Source: Camelus dromedarius (taxonomy: Eukaryota). Taken from it: a stretch of 64,000 nucleotides of DNA. The notes under the pieces are model-generated. The model worked only from the letters and a program-made list of their open reading frames with translations, was not told the origin of the DNA and searched no databases. The position numbers were made by a program, and so were the translations under genes. The stretch lies in assembly GCF_036321535.1 (NCBI RefSeq), contig NC_087436.1:119290001-119354000 (forward strand). Reading direction: 5' to 3'. Of this stretch, positions 12,985 to 24,989 are shown piece by piece (the stretch's first letter is position 1; each line of letters opens with the position of its first letter).

Positions 12985-13477
12985 TTTGTTTCTTTAATTG
13001 AAGTATAGTTGGTTTACAATGTTGTGTTAATTCCTGGTGTAAAGTATAGTGATTCAGTTACACACACACACATATATATTCCTTTTCATATTCTTTTTTA
13101 TTATAGGCTATTACAAGGTATTAAATATAGGTCCCGGTGCTGTACAGTAGGACCTTGCTGTTTGTCTATTTTATACACAGTAGTTAGTATCTGCGAATCT
13201 CAAACTCCCGATTTATTTCTCCGCCTCCCCTCTCCCCCCTGGTAAACACAAGTTTGTTTTTCTATTTCAGAGTCAGTTTGTTTTATTTTTTATTTATGTA
13301 TATATATTTTTTTAATTTGGGGGGAAGTAATTAGTTTTACTTATTTATCTATACATTTTTTAGTGGGGACGTACTGGGGATCGAACCCAGGACCTTGTGT
13401 ATGCTAAGCGTGCGCTCTACCACTTGAGCTGTACCCTCTCCCCTCAGTTTGTTTTGTAAATAAGTCCGTTTGTGTCA
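12985..13477 (-). mobile_element. Young LINE-1 3' end inserted in the Charlie fossil
   Basis: tttaattgaagtatagttggtttacaatgttgtgtta...gtgattcagtta...tacagtaggaccttgctg is the reverse complement of the same 3'UTR family as 2572-2869. Confidence 0.85.
13285..13443 (-). mobile_element. Vic-1-like camelid SINE with perfect 12-bp TSD
   Basis: tRNA-Ala head with B box GGTTCGATCC on the - strand. TSD TCAGTTTGTTTT at 13273-13284 and 13444-13455. Confidence 0.92.
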
Positions 13478-14129
13478 GTTAATTTTTTGAACTCTTTCAA
13501 AGATATGTGGCCTCCCCAAAATTGCACAATTATGACTCATTATCTAAATTACTTTTACTGATCAGTTTGATTAGACTCTCCTCAATTTGTTGGAAGCCAC
13601 CTGGTTTGTACAGCAATTTGTCACCTAGTTGTAGAGTCCCTCACTGTCTCAGTTCCTGGGGAAGTGCACCAAAAAGAGTGGACCAAAAGCCATCCAGGAG
13701 CTGGTGATCATACCTGTTACTCTCTCATTAAAGGCAACTTGTTTAAATTCAGAAATAATTGGAGAAAGTTTGATGGTGTTAAGTTCAGCATCGCTTTCCC
13801 CAGATAATCATTAAATGCTCTTGTCGTGTGCTTCATGTATATTCTCATCAAAATCTCGGAGCTACAGATTTAGTTAATTCAATTTAGGGAGAATATCCAC
13901 CACGTAACCAGATGGCAAAGCCGGTCCTCATGTCTACCCATCAGACTATCAGACACGCTTTTTCCAAGAAGAAGAATGTGGCTTCATCTTTCAATTAAAA
14001 GTGGCAAAGGTCCTTCCCTGGACGTGTTCAGATGGCAGTGACTCCTTGTTACTGACGTGTCTGCAGCCCTATTAAGTTAGTCAGCTAAGCAACCTACACA
14101 TGTTTCTTATTACCCTACTGTCCCCTCCG

Positions 14130-14586
14130 TGTTACCAGACGCAAGTTCATGTGCCCGACGCACAGTGAGACCAAACAGACTGAAACATCCAAATTTGGAG
14201 CAGAGAAAGGTTTACTGAAGGGTCAAGTAAGGAGAACAGGGGGCTTGTGCTCAAATACCCCCAAATTCCCCAAAGAGTTTCAGCAAAGCATTTCTAAAGG
14301 CCAGATGAGGGAGGGGAGCCCCAGGGCTTGTGGTCAGCTGTGCACAATTCTCTGGTGGGTTGATGGTGAGGTAACAGGGTGGTTAATGTCATCAGTCCTT
14401 AGGCCCCAGAAGGTCTGGGGGCTACGTGCTCATGATCGTTGGGGAGTTAATTTCTTCCATCCCCTGGAAATACTCAGGAAATGTGCATCAGGTACTATTA
14501 TCGGGGTACTTCAGAGAGGAGCTAAAGCAGAGGATATGGAGGAGGGGTTGTCCTGGGGAGGCCCGGTAGTGTCCTGCTCGATTATA
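14130..14586 (-). mobile_element. Solo LTR, ERV1-class (laurasiatherian/cetartiodactyl type)
   Basis: Starts tgttacc and ends gattata (degenerate gttaca), ~457 bp. Internal tttggagcagagaaaggtttactg, cagcaaagcattt and ggttgatggtgaggtaacagggtgg are typical of this LTR group. Confidence 0.7.
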
Positions 14587-15114
14587 CCCACTCAGTGTTG
14601 CCAGCTTCCGAGGGGAGGCATCCCCTGGCAGGCCAAGGACAAAGGCAGCTCTGTCCTGTCCCCCAGCCCGGTGGCTACTAAGTGTCAGTGTGCAGCCCTG
14701 ACTGCTCACCACACAGTCCTCCCCTCCTACCTCCAGGCCTTGAGGGTGGACTCAGGCTCGAGCTTGGACAGCTGATCCATTTTCCTGCTGCAGAAATACA
14801 CGTGGAGCCTTCAGAAGCTTCCCGAGCTGTGCATAGAGCCCAGCCTGGCAGTCAGCAAGGAAAGGGGCCAGGAGGTACAGGAGGGGTGTTCAGGGCTCCA
14901 ATTCACAAAGAGCTGGGCAGCCCGTCTGAAATGGAGAAGCTGAAAGGCCTGAGTGACGTTGGGGGAGGCCTGCAGGGCGGGGCTGGGCGGCTGCCTGGGG
15001 CACCAGCTGGTAGGGGGGCCACAGTGCCCCCTGACCCATCGCCACTTCCCCACGACCAGCAACCAGTGTGTCCAGGGGAGGAAGCACAGCCCCTGTGACT
15101 TGTATCTGCATAGT

Positions 15115-15245
15115 TTTACTTTTGCATTTATTTGTTTATTTTTTGTTGGAGGATAGTTGATTTACAGTGTTATACTAGTTTCAGGTGTGCAGCATGGTAT
15201 TCAGTATGTTTACAGATTAGACTCCAATTACATTTATTTATTTTA
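15115..15245 (-). mobile_element. Short LINE-1 3' terminal fragment
   Basis: T-rich tail followed by atagttgatttacagtgttatactagtttcaggtgtgcagcat. Confidence 0.7.
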
Positions 15246-16119
15246 ACTATCTAACAAAGTACATTTTTTGTCATATCACCTGTCTACATAGATTTAGCAC
15301 AGTGCTTGCTTCTGAGTAAGGAGTCAATACAATTTTAGATATTTTTTCATCAATCTAATTATGAATAATGGTAATGGTGGTTTTAAAACACAGCCCTGAA
15401 ATTCCTTGATACTTCTTGCACTGAGAGGTGGGGTCCATGGGGCTGCCTGTTGACCACAAGTGGGCTTGTGGCTGCTTCAGCCAAAACAAAGGAAGCCAGC
15501 CTGGTGTTAAGCAGCAGAACCTCTCTAGGCCTCCTACCTCGTCTATACCTCCATCACTTAGGGATGCTGGGAAGCATTTCAAGGGAGCAAACATGGGTCA
15601 GTGCCAGGCCCAGTAAGCCCTCCTTGGGGTGCTATCCCGTGGCCTCTCCAGGCAGGACCGCCCCTGTGCCCCTCTGTGGTCCTCGGCCCATAAACCCACT
15701 TCCTCTCTCCCTCAGACACGGACATGCGCACGCACACACACACACACTCTCCTGCAATCAACTGTTCAACAAATCTTTACTGAGCACATGTGAGCCCAGG
15801 GCAAGCTACACCTGGGAATGTGAGGTGGCCAGGACACCCTGACCTCATAGCGGGGATGCAGGTGTTGAGGGAAAAATAACGCAACCAGCGATTTCAGCAC
15901 CACTGTGCCGAGGGCACTGAAGGGCCGTTCTGCGCAAGGGGAGCTCGCAGCAGCCGGCAGGTCAGTGAGTACGCCCCGCAGAGAAAGTGGGTCAGTGTGC
16001 TGTCAGAGGCAGGGAGCAGGGCTGGCAAGGGAAGGAGGGGACGAGATGTGGGCACGTAGCTGAGAGTCCCCGACCACAGCCCTTCGGCACCCGCACCCCT
16101 GCTCCCCGCGCCATTCTCA

Positions 16120-16365
16120 AGTAAACAAAAAAAGAGTCAGCCTGAATCCACGTGTATGAAGTTCAGAAACGGGCAAAAACCAACCCACGGGAGTGCTTTG
16201 GGAGGGCGAGGGGACTCGATTAGAAAGGGATGTGAGGGCAGTGGGTTCAGGTGTCGGAAATGCACTTTACCCTGATTGGATCGGTGGTTACAGAGTGTCT
16301 ACATTTCGAGAAACTCATCGAATACTTAAGCTCTGTGCATTTTGTTGCATGAAATTGTCCCTAAA
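16120..16365 (+). mobile_element. Ancient LINE-1 (L1MC/ME-like) 3' fragment
   Basis: atgaagttcagaaacgggcaaaa...ggtggttacagagtgt...aaactcatcgaatacttaag. Followed by a purine-rich low-complexity tract to ~16455. Confidence 0.6.
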
Positions 16366-17302
16366 AGAAAAGAGAGAGAAAGAGGGAGGGAGAAAGATAG
16401 GAAAGAAGAAAGAAGGAAGGGAGGGAGGGAGGCCGGCAGGGAGGAAGGGAAGAAAAGTCTGCGATAAGATAATATGAGATGAATTTTTAAAATTTTTTAA
16501 TTAAGAAAAAATACAATGTGAGATGAAGTATCAGAAAAATGAAATAATAGTAACCTCACCTGCTTGTTTAACCTTTCTAAACCTCAGTTTCTCCATCTGT
16601 AGAACTGAATACTCACTTGGAAATCTGCGCACAGGACCCACCCGGTCACTTGTCCCCAGCTCTGGACCTCACCACCCTCACCATAAACCGGGATGAGGGA
16701 CCAATGACAGCTTAGAGAGGCTCCTGTGGCCTCTGGAAGGCTCTCTGCCCAAGACAGGCCTCCCTGCCCTGCAGCCACCTTGGCCATGTCAACCTTTACA
16801 ACACTGCTTTGCTTTCTATAGTGCACACTACAGTTTAGAGTATCTGCAGCTGGGCTACACTCACCTCCGTCTCACTGGGACCATGCTCTGTCGTGGGGTC
16901 AAGGCTCATCACCGTCCACCCTGGTGTCTCAGAAGCCTCTCCCTGCTTCCATCTCACAGGGACAGTGGTGACAACTGCACGACAAGGTAATCCCAGGATC
17001 ATGTGCATCCCTAGAAAGCACCACAATCCTATTCCTTCTGTACACCTTGACCTTGGCCTGATTCCAGGCCCTGGTCAGGGTACTGAGGTGCACGGAGTGA
17101 TCACAACGTGACTTTCCCCTTGGAACAAGAATCAGGTCTGTGACAAGGGAAGAAGGGGTCTGGGGAGAGGTTGGACAGGGCAGTAGAGGCCAGAGGGCGA
17201 GGGGCTTGCAGGTCCCAGAAAGAAGTCTGAATTTTATGTGTCCACACCAGGGGCGCGGGAGATTGTTAAGCCAGGGAGTGGGAGAGCCATGGAAGAAAGA
17301 CA

Positions 17303-17700
17303 GTGTAGCCCAGATTGCTGCCTCCCTGCTGTCTAGTCCTCCCTTCTTCCTTTCCAGTAAAACCCCAATTTAAATGTCTCACCAAGGACTACATTTCCCA
17401 GCCTCCTTTGCAGCCAGGTGTGCTGTGTGACCTTGTTCTGAGCAGTGAGCCACAGGAGAAGTTGGTAAAGTGGGGGGCTTTGCAGAAATCTCATTAAAGA
17501 AGGGAACAGAGAGCTGGCGAAAGCTTACTGTGCCCATCTTCCCTTCCTCTTGCTTTACACCTGGGATGAAGACATGATGGTTGGAGCTTCAACAGTTATT
17601 TTGGACCCTGAGGTGACCTCTAGGTTAGAGGCCTGGGCTCAGGAGGACAGAGCAAAGAGATAAGTTAGTTGTTCCTGACCCCAAGCCAGTGGCCAGTAGT
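17303..17700 (+). mobile_element. MaLR LTR (MLT1J/K-like)
   Basis: gactacatttcccagcctcctttgcagccaggtgtg...tgacc and gacatgatggttggagct...attttggaccctgaggtgacc. Confidence 0.7.
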
Positions 17701-17759
17701 CCAAGGCTGTCTGGCTGACTGGTGGCTTAACCCTTTGTCTGTCCCAAGCAGAAATGCCT

Positions 17760-18800
17760 TCAGCTTTTCACACCCCATTCAGAACTCTTGATACCCACCT
17801 CCTAACACCTCTCCCCCCACTCCCTCCCCATCTCTGTCAATGTGCCACCACCCCCTAGTTTCTTAGGCCAGAACATGGGTGGCATCCTCCAGCCCTCTGT
17901 CTCGTCTGTAAGCCTCACGAGCAGCGCCTCTGAATAAACCTCTAATCCGTCCACTTTTGCACTTCTTCATCATTGTCCATCTGACCGGGTGGCTATCCCC
18001 TCCCGCCTGGGATGCTCTCTCTGATTCTACACCCCTCCTGGCAGCCTCAGTGGTGCTTTAAAAATATTAATCAGATCATGTTCCTGCCCTGTGACTTCCC
18101 ACTGAACTTGGAGAAGAATCTGTGCTCCTGACCTTGACTTCCAAGGCCGACCTTTCCTCCCTCAGCTCCTGCCACTCTCCCCCAGTCTTCAGATAAGGAC
18201 ATGGGGGATGGTGACGACCCTGCCAGGACCCCCTGGTGCGAAACCCAGGTGAGAGAGATGGTGATGAAACAATGAGGCTGTTTCTCTCCTCAGGGCCTCC
18301 CCACATGCTGTTCCCTCTGCCTAGCTGCTCTTCCCTTCACTCTCCATTCAGTTTAGTCCTGATTAGTCTTTGGACCTCACTCAAAAGTCATTCACTCAGA
18401 GAAGCCTTTCTTGAGTCCCCCAGACCCCTAATTTAGTTGGTCCCTTGTTATATTCTTACAGACAGTGGTGTGCTGGTGAGCAGGGGGTGGAGGGTGGGGT
18501 GGGGAAAGCCCTAATTTGCAGCATTTGACAATGTCCACGGTGCAAATACTCCCACCAAAGCCAACTTCAAGCCAACGTGACATCATTGAACATGGAGTCA
18601 GGAAGAGATGAGCCAACTCCTTGAGTCACAGCACACTGAGGACGCAGGAATCATCACTTACACCGTATCTGCATCTTTTCCCCATCAGTCTTTCCCGTCA
18701 GTCTGGAAGGTGTCTGCTGTAGTCACCATCACATACCCAGGGTCTAGCACTGTGTCTGCTGCATCATGGGCCCCAGGTCAGCACTCAAGGAATGAACGGA
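17760..18800 (-). mobile_element. LINE-2 fragments
   Basis: aatcagatcatgttcctgccctg, catgctgttccctctgcctag, ctcagagaagcctttc and the L2 3' end cagggtctagcac...aatgaac. Confidence 0.65.
18463..18638. mobile_element. MER63-like hAT MITE
   Basis: Termini cagtggtgtgctgg / cagcacactg. Internal aaatactcccacc...ttcaagc...acgtgacatcattgaacatggagtcaggaagagatg. Confidence 0.7.
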
Positions 18801-18846
18801 AAGAAGGAAGGGGAGATGAACCTGGGACAGGACCTCTGTTTCCTCC

Positions 18847-19184
18847 TGTGTCAGCCAGGGTCCACAGAGAAACGGAGATGCATTTCAAGGAATTGGATGA
18901 TGTGATTATAGGATCTGGCTGGGAGAGTCTGCAAGCTGCAGACTCAGGCAGGAGCTTCCATCCATGGGCAGAATTTCCTCCTTCTCAGGGAAACCTCAGT
19001 TTTGCTCTTCAACTGATTAGACAACACCCACCCACATGATTGAGCTGATCTCTTTACTTGAGTCCACTGATTGTTGCTGCATACCACATCAACAGAAGCG
19101 TTCACAGCAGCACCCACCAGCATGCTTGACTGAGTAAATGAGGACAGGAGCCTGGCCGAGTTGACACATAAACTGACCAACACA
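18847..19184 (-). mobile_element. ERVL LTR (MLT2-like)
   Basis: aaggaattgg, gcagaatttcctccttctcagggaaacctcagttttgctctt, ending ggccgagttgacacataaactgaccaacaca. Confidence 0.8.
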
Positions 19185-21229
19185 TTTGTCTTAGGTGAGA
19201 ATTCTTTTCCTCTCTGAGGTCCCTGCTGTAATCATTTCTCCCCAGAGTGTGCCCAGTGTCTTTAGAGTGTCTGGGGTGGCCGGTCACTCCACGTCCAGGG
19301 AGCCTCCTGATGCACAGTGAGGCCTGCATCCTGAGAGCACGGCCACTCTTTCCTCTCTCCCAACTCTGGAGGGAGTGGCCCATCTCATCTGGCTGTCAGG
19401 GGAGGGGATTCTAGTGACTATGTGTAGAGCCCTGGTTGGGAGCGCCCGTCCTGAAACTGACAGGCTGTTTCATGGCGCCAAAGCTGGGGGCCTGTGGGAG
19501 GCTGCCAGGGACCCACAGGAAACTGAAGACTATTAAGCCCAGAGCACTTTTCAGGACCCAGCTGGCCCTCCCCATCTCCCGTTCCTCCCACTGGCGTGGG
19601 GCTGGGCCCCCTTCCTTTCCTCCTTATCTGGCCACTGCCCACTCCTTCTCTGGGGGCCAATGACACCCACCCTTCTTTTTCTAAAGGGGCACAGCAGAGA
19701 TGACAAGGATGTGGGCAGAGTCCAAGGTTCAGGGCTTTCAGGGTCATTATCCCCACCCTTGGTCCCTCTCAGAGAGGATCCTGGGCCCATCAGAGACTTC
19801 CAGCTTCTCCTTTCATCACCCTGAGCTTGTCAGATATCCTTGTCCTCATGACCTCTGCCCTTCCTCCTAGAAGACCCCTCCCCAGGGCAGAAGGAGCCTG
19901 TTGGCACAAGTTGTGCTCCCCTGAGTCCCGTCTTCACAGCTCATATGTTTGAGGTATCCTCCCCAGGCAGCGCCCATCCTCCTGCCATCTGGGGACCCCT
20001 CCCATGGCCTTGAGCTTCTGTCCTAGATGACGCTGGGCCCCAGAGCAGGATGAGAAGGGCCTACCTCCTCAGAGACAGCGGGAGATACTTTTCCTGTGTT
20101 GAGCTCAACATGGACATGGAGCAGCCTCTTCCAGGGTGATGAGTTATGCCGTTTCCCAAAAGAGGAATCAGCCTCAGGGAGATTAAGCAGCTCACCCAGT
20201 CACAGAGCGGAGTCGGGACCCAGTTTAATTTAGCGCTGACACTTCAGGCCATCTGTTTAGCCCCGACCCCCACGTGGGTCTGCTCCAGCGGGGAGGGCCA
20301 TACAAAGCTCTGTTCCACTGGGCACTGAATCCAAGTCGGGTGAATACCAGAGCCCTCCCGGCCATGCAGAATTCTGAGGATCATCTGCCCTTCTAGTAAA
20401 TCTCTCTAACCAAGATGCCTGACGGCTGCAAGGCAGGGTCACAGGGCAAGGAAGGGGACCCCAGCCCAGTCAGGGTGCCTGAAGATGCACTGGTCTGCTG
20501 TCCTTGCTGGGAAGAGGATTTTCTGGAAGGAAGGGCTTTACATGCTCCTTCTTATTTGACATGGCCATGAGGAAGAACAGGCATTATGCCCATTTTACAG
20601 ATAAAACTGAGGGCATTATTTGTCCAAGGTCACACAAGTGGTAAGTGGTAGAGGCAGGTCTATCTGAGACCAAAACCTTTATTCTTTGAACCATATCACA
20701 CAAACTCTTTGCAGAAGCTTGTCCCAAGCCCGCCAGAAGTGATCTTAATTCCAAAAGGGGCTTGAAAATCTACAACCAAGCTCATAACCAGAACTTAACT
20801 GTCCCAAAGGAGGGTGACTGTGGACGTGATTATTCGTCTATGCTGCACAGACCCCTGGCTCCCCCATCCTGGGCTCCCTGCCAGGTCCACAACCCTCCTC
20901 TTCTCCCTACCCAGTCTGGGCCAGAGCAGCTGCGGCCAATACAGACCAATATGGGCCCATTTCCAAGAGCTGCATGTAGTGCTGATAGCAGAGGCCCCAG
21001 GCCAGGCCCAGCCCAGCCCAGGATGGAACACCCCAACACCCCAACTGTCCTGGGAGCCCATCGCTCGGCCTGGCTTGCTCCCCAAGAGTGGTGGGTCTCC
21101 AGGTGCAGGTGATGACGAGTGTGTGGGTGGTGGATGGAGCCTGGAGTTAGCAGAGTGACTGTGGGTGAATCATCCCCTGGGCCTGCTTCTTCCTAGCGTT
21201 TCAGGTGCTGTTGTTGGTAGCCAACATCC

Positions 21230-21450
21230 CTCTCTGCCGTGCCCTAGGTCAGTCACATTACAGAGATAACCTCATATAATTCTCTAACAACCCAATAGGC
21301 AGCTACTATTATCACTACTATTATCACCTCCATTTTACAGGCAGGAAAATGAGGACCAGAGAGCTCAAGTGACTTGCCTTTGGTCATACAACTAGTAAGT
21401 GGCAGAGCCAGGCTTTGAACCCAGGCAGTCGGGCTCCTGGGCCTGCACTC
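21230..21450 (-). mobile_element. MIR SINE
   Basis: ccattttacaggcaggaaaatgagg...aagtgacttgcc...ctagtaagtggcagagccaggctttgaacccaggcagtc. Confidence 0.8.
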
Positions 21451-21919
21451 TGGGCTCCTCCACTCCTGAGTTCAGCTGTGGTGGGAGGAGCATGGACGTG
21501 CTGTAGAGAGGAAGCCGCCTCTACCCATCTGTGCCTCGGTTTTCTCATCTGTAAAGTAGGGAAGAGGATGCCTCCCTTACCCACCTACTGAAAGGAGCAT
21601 TCATTGAATAAATCCCTAACAAGCAGCTACCATGTGCTAGCCAGTCCAGTTCCAGGTGCCAGGGATGGAGTGGGGAACAGCACAGATAAACCCCTGTCCT
21701 CTCGGCACTGGCATCCGAGTGGGGGAACAACAGATGGTGAACAAATGAGCAAGAATATTCTAGATAGGACTGAGTGATGTGAGAGGTGTGGATGCTCAGA
21801 GCAAAATACAGTGGCTCTATGAATGAGCCTGTCCTCCATGGAAGGGATACCGAGAGCCCAGCACAACATCTGCTCAGGGTATGTTAGGATCGTTGTGGTT
21901 AATGTGATTTTGTCCTTAT

Positions 21920-22110
21920 TTGCCAAGTGCTTTCATCTGTACCATTTGATTTTGTCCTGCCCAGGACCTGTACAGTAGATTTTATTACTTCCATCTTATA
22001 GATGAGGAAACTGAGGCCCAGAGAGGTTAAACAACTTGCCCAACATCACACAGCTGGTAAGTGGGACAACTTGAATTCCAAAAGCCCTCTGATTCTAAGT
22101 CCAGGGCCTC
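21920..22110 (-). mobile_element. MIR SINE
   Basis: MIR core atagatgaggaaactgaggcccagagaggttaaacaacttgcccaacatcacacagct. Confidence 0.8.
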
Positions 22111-22779
22111 CTGTTCCTGAGGGAACACAGCATGTTATAGGATTTAAACACATTGAAATTTCTTCTTTTAAGAGTTTAGATTCAAATCAGTGATACCTGG
22201 TGTCAGGGAGTAGAATTCCTTCACGTATTCATCCCACCTTGTTCTAGGTCCGTCCCAGGAGCCCTCAGGTGGGTGTGGTGGGGATGGGACCCTGGAGATG
22301 AATGAGCTGTGGGGGGCCCTACCTTCCAGGAGCTCAGGGTTTAATGAGGGCACCTCAGATCCAGGAGCCAGAATCCCAGTGATGCTTTGGGGTGCCCCAG
22401 CAAGCTATGGGTGAACACCCTTTCCACATTGGCATTGATTAAATACTTCCCATTTGACAGGGCAGGGCAGGGCTGACCCTGCATTCTGGTTCTGGGCCTG
22501 TCACTCCCTTGCCATGTGACTTGGAGAAAGGCCCTGCCCTCTCTGAATGTTAGGGTACCATGAGGGGATGGGCTGTCTGGTGTGGGCTCCTCCAGTCTGA
22601 CATTGGTGACTCCCAGAGGAACTGGAGCCCCATTGGCTCCATTCCTCCCTAATGCTTGTCCAGAGGATATGGGGCACCCCTAGAGACAGCCTTAGTGCAC
22701 CTGGCATGCCTGGAGCCTGGGACACTTGCCTGGGGCCAGGTCATCAGAAGCCAAATGGATCTGAATACAGGTTTTGGGG

Positions 22780-22945
22780 TCCAAAACCAGGGCTTGGCTC
22801 CTGGCTCTGCCACCAGCTAGCTGTATGACCTTGGCCAAGTTACCCAGCCTCTCTGAGCCTCAGTTTCCTCATCCCTAAAATGAGGGTAGTATTTGCAGGG
22901 AACCTAGCACGGTGCCTGGTAGCTGGTCAGTCAATGAGCAGTAGT
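22780..22945 (+). mobile_element. MIR SINE
   Basis: cctggctctgccacc...tgaccttggccaagttac...ctctctgagcctcagtttcctcatc. Confidence 0.8.
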
Positions 22946-24609
22946 TAACACTGACAATTATGAGCTGATGATGACAGAGGGTGGGGCATAAAAGCTTCAT
23001 TTGTGAGCACAACTAGGTGCCAAAGCATGGAGCCCCAAATAGGGACTCCATGATGGTGTGTGTGCATTTGTGAGACTGTGTGTGTGTAAATGTAAATACA
23101 AACATGTATTCTCATAGCAACCCCTGGCTTGCTCTGCTTTCTGTCTGTTGCCATCTATCTAACCATGTGTCTACAGAAGGACAGAGAAAAGGAGAGAGGG
23201 AAGGATTGGGTAGAAAGCACAGCCACGTTGCTGACTTCAGGGAGGGTGGCCGGCTGGCTGTCCGTGGATAAGGGCTGGATCGGCACTGAGTAAATACCCC
23301 ATCTGTATTTTGAATTTTGATTCATGCAACTGTTTTGCCTCTTTAAAGTATCCTTCGAATTAGACTCAGCTTTTTACCCTGGTTATCATTCCATCCTCAG
23401 GATGACCTGCAAGAGAGAGCTAGACTCCTGCCTGTGTGGCAGACGAGGTGACATGACTTGCTCAAGGTCACTCAGGGAGAAGGTGGCAAAGCTGGTCCCT
23501 GCGCGCAGCCGTCTTACGGGACTCTCAGGGGGCAGCGCGGCAGCGGCCCTGAGCCTGCAGCTGTGCCCCAGAGGAGAAGCCCCCGCGGCTGCTCCTGCCG
23601 GCCTCTGGCTGGGGCAGCACCGGCAAGTGTCTTCGCTTGTCTGGCAGGTCCCACTGGCCTGGTTTGAGAATTTGCCCCGCAGGCCTCAGCTCTGCAGGGG
23701 GAAGAAGTAAAAATAGCTGGGCCCAGCGGCCAGCGGCTGGGCTGCGGGCAGCAAGACATGCCTTTCCCATGACTTGGGTTCTGCAGAGCAGAGGCCCTCC
23801 CTGCCCTGCTGGGTGCCCTGGGCCGCGTGCCCGCCGGGTAGAGCCGACTCAGGCACAGCTGCCTGGGGCGCGGGGCCCGCCAGGAGCAGCACCATGGGGT
23901 GGGGGCCCCGGGGCGGGGTAGCAAAAGCTGGGTGCAGTGGACAGTGCAAGAGAGGCCTCTGGCCCAGCCACAGGGGCGGGGCAGGGAAGGCTTCCAGAAA
24001 GAGGTCACATGGGAGCACACAGGAGTTAAGAAGGCGGGGTGTGTACGGAGCGCATTCCAGGCAGTGGGAACCGCATTTGCAAAGGCTGAGAGCTGCAACA
24101 AATATAACCCATCAGGAGGTGCAAATGGCTGGGTGATCTGGAGGGTGGGGGCTGGTTGGGACAGGAGGCAGGGTCCGGCTGGGAAAGCAGGCAGGCCCCA
24201 TGATGGGGCCAGGGTGAGACTGTGGAGCAATGGGGAGCCAAGGGAGGATGTGGAGCAGGGGGTGATATGTCAGGTCAGAATCTTAGAAGACTGGGGATTC
24301 CTGAACTCAATGAGACAATCACACTGAGGCTGAGACCCCACCGTCAGTCAGGTCCCTGCGTGTTCCTGCCACAGATGCTACTGAGGCCTCTTTTACCAAC
24401 TTCGAGTTTCTGGCACCTGCAGCTCTTCTCCAGAGGGCTCTCTCTGGCTGCCAGAATTAATGCCCCCTCCCTACCTCCTGCCACTGCCAGCAGGAGCCCT
24501 AGCCCCTTGGGTGGGGTGACTGATCACCAGGTGATCCCTGGCCACTGGTTTGATGACACACCTGCCTGGCTTCCCTATTCCCCTGCCAGCCTTTCCTAAG
24601 GTCACCTGC

Positions 24610-24989
24610 TACGTGGGTTTCCTGTCACTGCTGTAATAAGTGACCCGAAAGTTAGCAACTGAAACAACATACTTTATTATCTTATGGTTCTGGAGGTCAG
24701 AAGTCTGGCACGCATGTCTCTAAATCAAGGCATCTTCAGAGCTGATTCTCTCTGGAGGCTCTTGGGGAGAATCCATTTCCTGGCCTTTTCCTGCTTCTAG
24801 AGGCTTCCTGTGTTCCTTAGCTCATGGCCCCTTCCTTCATCTTCAAAGCCAGCAGGTCAAGTCCTTCTCACATGCCTGTAACTTTATTCACACATGCCAA
24901 GTTCCTTTTGCTGTGTGATGTAACAGATTCACAGGTCCCTGGGATTAAGAGGTAGATACCTTTGGGAGCTCTTATTTCTGCTGACCTCA
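24610..24989 (-). mobile_element. MaLR LTR (MLT1A-C-like)
   Basis: gttctggaggtcagaagtc, ctggaggctcttggggagaatcc, catcttcaaagccagca, ttcacaggtccctgggattaag. Confidence 0.8.

Larger units (their letters stand above)
12101..14120 (-). mobile_element. Decayed hAT-Charlie DNA transposon with transposase remnants
   Basis: Minus-strand translations: F*LKDEATFFFLEK (~13960-14000) and YVVDILPKLN*LNL*LRDFDENIHEAHDK (~13820-13906), matching the Charlie/ZBED5 motif LAYLxDIFxKLNxLNLxLQG. ORF 12722..12922 KELSDISITKFLPF...INTKKRN resembles the hAT C-terminal dimerisation region. Charlie-like terminus near 12101. Confidence 0.75.

Noticed and set aside
14149..14775. 208-aa ORF (+)
   Set aside because: Runs through a solo LTR; no gag, pol or env similarity visible.
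23324..24599. 238-aa ORF (-) and neighbours in a CpG-enriched patch
   Set aside because: Partly L2-derived and otherwise GC-rich noise; CpG density is well below the true island.
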